Assembly: GCF_037902255.1 (NCBI RefSeq)
Contig: NZ_CP147990.1
Span: 1,530,001 to 1,562,000, forward strand
Source of the DNA: Candidatus Electrothrix sp. GW3-4
Lineage (GTDB): Bacteria; Desulfobacterota; Desulfobulbia; Desulfobulbales; Desulfobulbaceae
Direction: 5' to 3'
DNA length: 32,000 nucleotides
Positions 9,901-15,742 of this stretch are shown one piece after another (the first letter of the stretch is position 1; each line of letters opens with the position of its first letter). The notes below the pieces were generated by a model. The model worked only from the letters and a program-made list of their open reading frames with translations. It was not told where the DNA came from and did no database searches. The translations under genes were made by a program, and so were the position numbers.

Positions 9901-11062
9901 TATCGCCCTGGCCTCCGGCAATGTGGGACGACGCAACGCAGGCATCTGCCCCCTGCGGGGGCAGAATAACGTCCAGGGCTCCTGCGATATGGGGGCCCTG
10001 CCCTATGTCTATTCCGGGTATCAGGATGTGGGGGATGAGGCCGCCTGGAAACGGATGAGCAGGAACTGGGGCATGGAGCTCCCTGAAACCGCAGGCCTGA
10101 CCGAGCCGGAAATGTACGAGGCTGCCCGCAAGGGCAGGTTCAAGGGGCTGTACTGCATCGGCTATGACCCGCTCCATACTCAGGCCGACGTCCATAATAT
10201 TCGTGCTGCCTTTGCCCAGCTGGACATGGTGGTGGTCCAGGATATCTTCCGGACCAAGACCTGTGAGATGGCCCATGTGGTCCTGCCTGCAGCTTGCTTT
10301 TACGAGAAGGACGGTACCTTTACCAATGCCGAGCGGCGGATTCGGCGTATCCGTAAGGCCGTAGACCCGCCCGGTGAGGCCCGGCCTGACTGGCAGATCG
10401 TCTGTGATCTGGCCCAGGTAATGGGTCAGACTATGGCACAGACTATGGGGCAGGATACAGGGCAGGCTATGACCTATCCTGATGCGGCCGCAGTGATGGA
10501 TGAGATCGCGGCCTGTTCTCCCTTCATAGCTGGCGTCAGCTATGCCCGTCTGGAAGGGGAGGGGCTGGTCTGGCCCTGCCCGAGCAGCGAGCATCCCGGT
10601 ACCCCGATCCTCCATCAAGAGGATTTCACCCGGGGCAAGGGCTGGTTCTCGGTCCTGGCCAATGTCGAGACCCTGGAACGGCCTGATGCAGACTACCCCC
10701 TCATCCTGGTCACAGGGCGGCGACGGGAGCATTACAACAACGGCTCCATGACCCGCCGTTGCGCCGGTTTGATCAAGCTGCTGCCAGAGGAACAACTGGA
10801 TATTCATCCAGCGGATGCTGCCCGGCTCGGTATCAGCGACGGCCAGCAGGTATGGGTGCGCTCCCGGCGGGCCGAGCTGGAGATCACAGCCTGCGTGACC
10901 GAGCGCTGTCGGCCCGGTTCGGTATTCATGGCCTTTCACCATGAGGAGCCGTTGACCAACCTGCTTACCAGTCCGGGCCTGGATGAAATCGCCCTGACCC
11001 CGGAGTACAAGGCCTGTGCGGTCAGTATTAGCCCCGTAACTCCTCCGGGTGACGGGGCATAA
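6932..11062 (+). CDS. fdhA: fusion protein: 2Fe-2S ferredoxin-like + GltD-like NAD(P)H/FAD module + 4Fe-4S + molybdopterin formate-dehydrogenase alpha-like (Cys type)
   Basis: 1376 aa. N-terminal Cys cluster CHLPG..CLLCLVEV..AC. GltD-like Rossmann motifs AAIIGGGPTGLSAAW and VLVVGGSKVAIEAA. Ferredoxin motifs CIGCQRCQRSC and CVSCGACVDACP. MopB 4Fe-4S motif CTYCGTGCSV. Active-site string NCARVCHAPSV, with TGC (9377-9379) where Sec/Cys sits, followed by His. C-terminal molybdopterin-binding barrel region. Confidence 0.85.
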   Translation: MSMTVSLTINGQPFRLAADQIILAAAKEAGIEIPHLCHLPGKSDADPPCLLCLVEVNGKRARACVTRIAEGMVIETETPALVEHRKERLGQLAACHYGDCKAPCSLACPGSINVQGYISLIGQQQFSAALQLIREKNPLPGIVCRVCPTFCEHTCRRALLDEAIAINNLKRFAFDAAFQHPLPAEKVAPATAHKAAIIGGGPTGLSAAWFLRKQGHSVTIFEAGPALGGAARTAIPAFKLPKENLAREIETVLSLGVEVRTRTAWGRDFSLTDLQQQGFGAIFIATGLAGHKKLSVPGNELVQDGLAFLAQVNQGSLTSLAGKVLVVGGSKVAIEAARTALRLGADEVLLIHDRPAVRMTAYEKDIRAAQGEQVQLQMLTALLAVRQEDETTLSAELTRTELVDDDVRSMPVAREGSSLRWQGGLILNCRGRQADEVLLSFGELESRLELTPKKTLKVRVATMETNLPGVYAGGEVASGPRSVIQAINAGRKAAEAIHRQFGGAELGVADGRFNFSKGRSLDAVDMGNYRGRAIQARTVLPERAGKERCRDFSQTELGYTEEMALREARRCLECGCTGLSKCELRPLCRDHKVSARSAPSRQRGEVDHSHPFIRLDADRCIGCQRCQRSCEFDAFVFKQGDPVPLLTIKGNCVSCGACVDACPTGALTKKQLTLPLLPAEAEQVRSVCTYCGTGCSVDIAVKNSTIIEIKALVDAPPNNGDLCVKGRFGFDFYRHPERLTRPLIRERLDQPFRQASWQEALAFAAAGFRRIQEEQGPEALGILSSSRCENEVNYLAQKFCRTVFRSNSVDNCARVCHAPSVSGLRIALGSGAATNALADIEGAEVLLISGSNLAEAHPVVGMKVRRALHKGARLIVIDPRQTEMARLADIHLQLIPGTNVPLLNSLLHAILDEGLEDKGFVAARTENLDRVREHVAAYAPEAMAEQTGVAAELVRQAARLYCATTKGMILYGLGMTEHRNGTQGVMGLANIALASGNVGRRNAGICPLRGQNNVQGSCDMGALPYVYSGYQDVGDEAAWKRMSRNWGMELPETAGLTEPEMYEAARKGRFKGLYCIGYDPLHTQADVHNIRAAFAQLDMVVVQDIFRTKTCEMAHVVLPAACFYEKDGTFTNAERRIRRIRKAVDPPGEARPDWQIVCDLAQVMGQTMAQTMGQDTGQAMTYPDAAAVMDEIAACSPFIAGVSYARLEGEGLVWPCPSSEHPGTPILHQEDFTRGKGWFSVLANVETLERPDADYPLILVTGRRREHYNNGSMTRRCAGLIKLLPEEQLDIHPADAARLGISDGQQVWVRSRRAELEITACVTERCRPGSVFMAFHHEEPLTNLLTSPGLDEIALTPEYKACAVSISPVTPPGDGA
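10421..10468 (+). repeat. in-frame degenerate 12-nt tandem repeat x4 inside the fdhA-like gene
   Basis: ATGGGTCAGACT ATGGCACAGACT ATGGGGCAGGAT ACAGGGCAGGCT, encoding MGQT MAQT MGQD TGQA. Confidence 0.8.
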
Positions 11063-11091
11063 GGGGCGGGCGAGCAGAATCCATCAAAGAA

Positions 11092-11115
11092 AACGCCGGA
11101 GGTTGATCCGGCGTT
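11092..11115 (+). terminator. stem-loop after the fdhA-like gene (terminator-like, no U-tract)
   Basis: AACGCCGGA-ggttga-TCCGGCGTT (9-bp perfect stem), 30 nt after the stop. It is followed by CTGCAAAAAC rather than a T run. Confidence 0.35.
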
Positions 11116-11156
11116 CTGCAAAAACTCCTGTACAAACAAGAGACGGAGGGAATTAT

Positions 11157-11642
11157 ATGAACCGACTTGAAATCCATCAGACCCGTGCTTTCAGGAAGCA
11201 GTTTCAGGCCATGCACAAGGCCGGGAAAAAGGAACGGACCATTGCTGAACGGGCAGAGCGGATTATCCAGCGCCTGCAGACCGATCCCCTGGATGAGAAG
11301 GCGGCCTGCCGACGTACTCATAACGGTGAGCTGCGCCTGCGGGACTGCCGCAAATATAACCTCTCCTGCGGTTTCCGGCTGATCGGATTAAAGCGGGAAG
11401 GCCGCCTGATCTTCACCTGCATCGGCACCCATGATGATTGCCAGAAATGGATAGAAAACAATCGGGATTTTCAGGATGAGATCGAATCGCAGCCTCTCCC
11501 GCCCATCCAGCAGGGCAGCTCGGCTGAAGATTGTGTTGAGGTGGAAGAGCTGATTGAGGAGGATGAGTACGAAGAGCAGCTCATGGATCAGATTGATGAC
11601 TGTATGTTGCGAGAGGTCTTTGCCGGTCTTTGCCAGACTTGA
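11157..11642 (+). CDS. RelE/ParE-superfamily-like domain protein with acidic C-terminal tail
   Basis: Start at ATG 11157 (GGAGGG 8 nt upstream); the ORF-track start at 11049 overlaps fdhA. The N-terminal ~110 aa show the toxin-fold pattern (..AERIIQRLQTDP..GELRLRDCRKYNLSCGFRLIGLKREGRLIFTCIGTHDD). The C-terminal ~50 aa are strongly acidic (VEVEELIEEDEYEEQLMDQIDD). Confidence 0.4.
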   Translation: MNRLEIHQTRAFRKQFQAMHKAGKKERTIAERAERIIQRLQTDPLDEKAACRRTHNGELRLRDCRKYNLSCGFRLIGLKREGRLIFTCIGTHDDCQKWIENNRDFQDEIESQPLPPIQQGSSAEDCVEVEELIEEDEYEEQLMDQIDDCMLREVFAGLCQT

Positions 11643-11649
11643 GACAGGC

Positions 11650-11679
11650 TTGACAATACCTGCCCGGTAAGAGTATAGA
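11650..11679 (+). promoter_or_regulatory. candidate sigma-70 promoter placing the TSS at or near the ATG of the next gene
   Basis: TTGACA (11650-11655), 18-nt spacer, TATAGA (11674-11679). The ATG at 11687 is 8 nt after the -10 box and has no Shine-Dalgarno. Confidence 0.3.
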
Positions 11680-11686
11680 ACCGGGC

Positions 11687-12247
11687 ATGGAAGAATTGAA
11701 ACGTACTACCCATTTTGTTCTGCATCCTTTTCAGGTGCAGAATTTCACCAACCAGCTCCAGCTTTCCGGGATCCTTGCCCGCAGCGCAACCGGTCTTCAG
11801 CTTGCTTATGAACTGAGAGGGAGCGTGGACAAGGTCCTGCTTCCTCCCCCTGAGGCAGCTCCCCAGCGCCGGGACGGGCTCTGGCAGGCAAGCTGCTTTG
11901 AGCTCTTTATCGGAAAAAAGGGCTCGCCACAGTACTGGGAGATCAACCTCTCGCCCTCAGGGGATTGGCAGGTCTATGCCTTTACCGGCTATCGGCAGGG
12001 GATGGGTGAGGAGACCGCCATCACCGCCTTGCCCTTGAATCAGCAGCGTCACCCCACACAATCCACATCCTATCGGCTTACCCTGGACCTTCCCCTGGAA
12101 CGACTGATTGCCCCGGATCAGCCTATTGAGGTGGCGGTTACTGCCATTCTTCAGGGGCAGAATGGCCAGCAAGCCTTTTATGCCCTGAGCCATTGCGGCC
12201 CCCAGCCTGATTTTCACCTGCGGGCGAGTTTTCTCCTCCAGCTCTAA
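11687..12247 (+). CDS. DOMON-like / CBM9-like domain protein (hypothetical)
   Basis: 186 aa. The pattern LWQASCFELFIG....YWEINLSPSGDWQVYAFTGYRQGM resembles proteins I recall being annotated as DOMON-like. This is recall-based, not verified. Confidence 0.4.
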   Translation: MEELKRTTHFVLHPFQVQNFTNQLQLSGILARSATGLQLAYELRGSVDKVLLPPPEAAPQRRDGLWQASCFELFIGKKGSPQYWEINLSPSGDWQVYAFTGYRQGMGEETAITALPLNQQRHPTQSTSYRLTLDLPLERLIAPDQPIEVAVTAILQGQNGQQAFYALSHCGPQPDFHLRASFLLQL

Positions 12248-12255
12248 GGGAAGAT

Positions 12256-13371
12256 ATGCAGACTTCTCCTCTCCACATCGGCTGCTGCATCACCCCGCAT
12301 GGTCTGGGGCATGCGGCCAGGGCCTGCGCAGTTATGGAGGCCCTGGCACGTCGGATATCGGTGCAGTACAAGATCGTCAGCACGGCACCGGCCTGGTTCT
12401 TTGCCGAGTCTTTGACCGCCTCGTATGAGATTTACCCCGTGCAAATTGACGTAGGCCTGGTACAGCGGGATGCCCTGCATGCGGATCTTGACCAGACCGT
12501 GGAGCAGCTGCAGGCATTTTATCCTCTCCGGTCCGAACTCGTTGAGCAGCTGGCAGCCCTGTTTGCCGATTGCCAGCTGGTGCTCTGTGATATTGCGCCG
12601 CTGGGTATTGCCGCGGCGGCCCAGGCCCGGAAACAGTTCAGCTCGCAGGTGCGTTCAGTCTTGCTGGAGAACTTCACCTGGGATTGGATCTATCAGCCGT
12701 ATCAGGGGGCGCATCCAGAGTTTACCGAGCTTATTTCGTACCTGGAAGAGCTGTACAGCCTGGCGGATTACCATATCCAGGCCGAGCCGGTCTGCGCGCC
12801 CGGCAAGGTGGATCTGCTGGCGTCGCCAATCGCCCGTGCTGCTCGAACATGTCGGGAGGAACGGTCAGCCGTCAGAAGGCAACTGGGCTTGCGGGAGGAA
12901 CAACAGGTCATCCTGGTGACCATGGGCGGGATTGCAGGCACGGAACTCCCGCTGGCGCAGATGAGGGCATGCCGGGATTTCTGCTTTGTTTTGCCGGGGC
13001 AGGAAAGGGGAGAGATGAGGGCGGAGGAGAATCTCTTCTTTCTCCCCTCGGACTCTGCGATCCGTCACCCTGATCTGATTGCGGCCTGTGATGCGGTGGT
13101 CGGCAAGGTGGGTTATTCCACCCTGGCGGAGGTCTATCAGGCGGGCATTCCCTTTGCCTATATCAGCCGGGACGGGTTCCGGGAATCCGGTCCTTTGGCG
13201 GAGTTCATCGCTCGGGAGATACCGTCCCTGCCGCTGAGTGAGGAGGCCTTTCGCCAGCAGGATTTATCGGAGATGCTGACCAGGCTCTGTCAGCTGCCCC
13301 GGCGGGAACAGAGCAAGGAGGGCGGGGCCTCGGTGGTTGCTGGGTTTTTGCAGGGACTCTTGTCCGTCTAA
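12256..13371 (+). CDS. GT-B fold glycosyltransferase-like protein (MurG/UGT-like C-terminal half)
   Basis: 371 aa. N-terminal ITPHGLGHAARACAV (GHGxGH-type motif) and C-terminal AACDAVVGKVGYSTLAEVYQAGIPF, typical of GT28/GT1-like nucleotide-sugar binding halves. Confidence 0.5.
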   Translation: MQTSPLHIGCCITPHGLGHAARACAVMEALARRISVQYKIVSTAPAWFFAESLTASYEIYPVQIDVGLVQRDALHADLDQTVEQLQAFYPLRSELVEQLAALFADCQLVLCDIAPLGIAAAAQARKQFSSQVRSVLLENFTWDWIYQPYQGAHPEFTELISYLEELYSLADYHIQAEPVCAPGKVDLLASPIARAARTCREERSAVRRQLGLREEQQVILVTMGGIAGTELPLAQMRACRDFCFVLPGQERGEMRAEENLFFLPSDSAIRHPDLIAACDAVVGKVGYSTLAEVYQAGIPFAYISRDGFRESGPLAEFIAREIPSLPLSEEAFRQQDLSEMLTRLCQLPRREQSKEGGASVVAGFLQGLLSV

Positions 13372-13495
13372 CCAATTTTTTCGGGCTGTTCCCCTGAGCT
13401 GATACATAGAACCCTTTCAGGGTATGGTCGCCTCTTTCCATCCCTTGGGATTCACCCGGCAATGATGGCGATGCCGTCACGTCGCAGCACTGATC

Positions 13496-13524
13496 TTGCC
13501 AAGTCCTGTTCTTTCCTGTACACT
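13496..13524 (+). promoter_or_regulatory. candidate sigma-70 promoter, probably the native promoter of the DGR target operon before IS insertion
   Basis: TTGCCA (13496-13501), 17-nt spacer, TACACT (13519-13524). It lies 29 nt upstream of the left TSD copy (13553-13561) that abuts the IS. Confidence 0.35.
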
Positions 13525-13552
13525 TTCCCTGTTTTTTATCGTTTCCAACCGC

Positions 13553-13561
13553 AATCTCGGG
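13553..13561. repeat. left copy of the 9-bp target-site duplication
   Basis: AATCTCGGG immediately abuts IRL. An identical 9-mer abuts IRR at 15053-15061. Confidence 0.85.
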
Positions 13562-13588
13562 GGGTGCGATTAAAAGTGCGGTTTTATC
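13562..13588. repeat. IS left inverted repeat (IRL)
   Basis: 27/27 match to the reverse complement of 15026-15052. Confidence 0.9.
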
Positions 13589-13701
13589 AATTATCCAGTG
13601 CATGATTGCCTCCTCTCCTGTTACCATATTTTCTCAGAGAGAAAAACAGCGGCATACAGTGCCGCCCGTTCATATAACCGATCGCCCCGGAGGAAATATT
13701 C

Positions 13702-15026
13702 ATGCTGCCACTGTCACAGGAAGATCAGGAATTGCTGAGCAGGTTGAATAGTAGGCCCGACCTGAAAAATCGTGTAAAATCAGTTTTATCTATAGCATGT
13801 GATGACGGAGATGGAATTGTAAGGGCAGATGAAGCGGAAAGTCGGATTATCGAGGAAATTCGACGCATGGGCAACGATGTGCTTACAGAATGGGCGGAGA
13901 GCCGAGTTGAAAAATCCGGGACGGATTTTCCGACGGACGGTGATATTACTCGCAGCGGTCAAAAAAAATCCATTGGCACAGCACATTCGGAAAGATAAGC
14001 GTCTTCGAGCAGATATATAAACAACAGGGAAAGCGACACCGACCGTTCAGTCGGAGTGCCGGAATAACCTGCCGGTGCTGTTCCCTGCCTCTGCAGCGAG
14101 CTGTGACCGATTTCGGTGCGGATCACTCTTTCGGTCGTGTTTCGGACAAACTGCTGGAACATTACGGGATAACTTTACCGACGAGCACTGTCCGCAACAT
14201 CACGGAAATTCACGCTCAACAAATATATGAAAGACGCCGTCGAGAAAGGATAGAAGAATATCCGGCTGTAACAGGACGAGATTGTGTAATCGCAGAGACG
14301 GACGGCAGCATGGTCCCCATTGTCGTGACGGATAGCAATGCCGAAGACCGGCGCAAAGGCAAAGAGTATGTTTGGAAAGAAGCACGCCTGAGTATTGCGC
14401 ATGTTCCCGGCGATACGACGCTCAAGTTCGGAGTGGAATTCCGGGAAGGAGTGGACGAGGCGGGAAAGGAGTTTTTCGACAGCGCGTGCCGGGCTGGATT
14501 TGGTTGGGGAACGTATCTGCATGCCGTAGGCGACGGTGCCTCGTGGATTGTCGGACAGGTGAAAAAACGATTCGGTCAGCAGGGAAATTATCTTGTCGAT
14601 TTCTATCATCTTTGCGAATACCTGGAAGGTACTGCACCGGCATTTCTCGGGAAAAGTGAAAAAGTTTCATGGGTCGCTCGGCAGAAAGAATTCCTGAAAT
14701 CGGGGCATACGGAAAAAGTGACCGAAGCATTGCGACCGCATCTTGAGCCGGACACGACGGAGGATCGGAATGCGCCTGTCCGCCGTTGCCTGCGTTATTT
14801 GCTTAACCGTCCGGGACAGTTCGATTATCCGGGCGCTCAGGCACGCGGTCTGCCTGTCGGTTCAGGTGAAATAGAGAGTGCGCACCGATATATTATTCAG
14901 GAACGTCTGAAAATCGCCGGTGCATGGTGGACGACGGAAAACGCCCGGTTTATGCTTGCTCTGAGGGTTGATCGTGCCGATGGATACTGGAACAGGTATT
15001 GGGAAGGAGTAAGCCGGGCGGCATAG
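13702..15026 (+). pseudogene. IS transposase split into two frames at an A8 run (a -1 shift restores a ~441-aa protein)
   Basis: The upstream frame (13702...) reads ..TRSGQKK and stops at 13996-13998. The -1 frame is open from 13944 and reads KKIHWHSTFGKISVFEQ...LQRAVTDFGADHSF through to TAG 15024-15026. The two frames overlap across the run AAAAAAAA at 13961-13968. This is either a 1-nt indel or programmed/transcriptional slippage. Confidence 0.65.
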
Positions 15027-15052
15027 ATAAAACCGCACTTTTAATCGCACCC
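15026..15052. repeat. IS right inverted repeat (IRR)
   Basis: GATAAAACCGCACTTTTAATCGCACCC. The last nucleotide of the transposase stop codon (G, 15026) is the first nucleotide of IRR. Confidence 0.9.
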
Positions 15053-15061
15053 AATCTCGGG
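15053..15061. repeat. right copy of the 9-bp target-site duplication
   Basis: AATCTCGGG. Its last three G are part of the GGGAGG Shine-Dalgarno (15059-15064) of the gene starting at 15069. Confidence 0.85.
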
Positions 15062-15068
15062 AGGTTCT

Positions 15069-15740
15069 ATGTCCAGTTCAACTGAGTTCCTGCTCTATGT
15101 CACGGTGTACCGCTTAAGCGTGCTGGCTATCGGTGCGCTTTCCATTTATCTGGGGTTCCGTCTCTTTAATCGTCCTGCCGAGCTTGCTCGCTCCGGGTTG
15201 GGGACGGCTTCGGCAGAGGTTGAGTCAAAGCTGTTTACCTTACGCGTGACTGATTTTTGGCCCGGAGCCTACTTCGCTTTGTTCGGCACAGTTCTCATTG
15301 GAATTATGCTGTGGCAGGGGCCGCCGGAGATGAAGACAGAGTCTGTTCATGAAAAAACTGCTGCGGGTGAAAAAACGATTGATACTGACTTGATAAGAGC
15401 TGCTCCAGGAATTAATCTTGAGGGTGTATCGGCTCCTGCTGGTTCACAGTCTCAACGATCTGATGTTAAGCAGGAGTTGGGCAAACTAGGTCAGGCAGGT
15501 ATGATTTCTGTTGAAGCGGCTGAGTCCTTTGCGAATATTGCCAGGATGTGGCAGAAAGAAGGACGTATCGGCGAGGCTCTGGCAATGGCGCGCTTGGCTT
15601 ATTTGTACGGGCCGGAGATCGACAAGGCTGCCCATCTTTCTCTGCTTGCGGAGTTGCTGGAGGCGAACGGAAGAACTCAGGATGCAGCCGATGCCCGTGC
15701 TGCGTTGGAAGAAATGCGGCAAAAGGGCGAAGGGGAGTAA
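15069..15740 (+). CDS. membrane protein with two N-terminal TM helices and a TPR-like helical C-terminus (first gene of the DGR target operon)
   Basis: 223 aa. TM helices LYVTVYRLSVLAIGALSIYLGF and AYFALFGTVLIGIMLW. The C-terminal region (ARMWQKEGRIGEALAMARLAYLYGP..AAHLSLLAELLEANGRTQDAADARAALEEM) looks TPR-like. The stop is 2 nt before the next ATG. Confidence 0.6.
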   Translation: MSSSTEFLLYVTVYRLSVLAIGALSIYLGFRLFNRPAELARSGLGTASAEVESKLFTLRVTDFWPGAYFALFGTVLIGIMLWQGPPEMKTESVHEKTAAGEKTIDTDLIRAAPGINLEGVSAPAGSQSQRSDVKQELGKLGQAGMISVEAAESFANIARMWQKEGRIGEALAMARLAYLYGPEIDKAAHLSLLAELLEANGRTQDAADARAALEEMRQKGEGE

Positions 15741-15742
15741 TC

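Larger units (their letters stand above)
13562..15052 (+). mobile_element. insertion sequence, 1491 bp, DDE transposase (ISKra4-family-like by recall)
   Basis: Perfect 27-bp terminal inverted repeats (GGGTGCGATTAAAAGTGCGGTTTTATC at 13562-13588; reverse complement at 15026-15052), flanked by the 9-bp direct repeat AATCTCGGG. A single transposase reading unit fills the interior. The family guess rests on the size, the 9-bp TSD and transposase motifs (LQRAVTDFGADHSF, AETDGSMVPIV, HAVGDGASWI, DFYHLCEYL). Confidence 0.85.

Noticed and set aside
7811-10942. 1043-codon open frame on the - strand, antisense to the fdhA-like gene
   Set aside because: Its translation is low-complexity (G/R/P/A/L/H-rich) with no motifs, while the + strand frame carries a full set of Fe-S and molybdopterin signatures. 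Long stop-free antisense frames are a known by-product of GC-rich codon bias.
11049-11156. 5' extension of the RelE/ParE-like ORF (ORF-track start 11049)
   Set aside because: It overlaps the end of fdhA and spans the terminator-like hairpin. ATG 11157 has a GGAGGG RBS.
15548-15742. Upstream extension of the caspase-FGE ORF (ORF-track start 15548)
   Set aside because: It overlaps the 3' end of the 15069-15740 gene in another frame and encodes an R/G/C-rich peptide. ATG 15743 has an RBS and starts a clean signal peptide.
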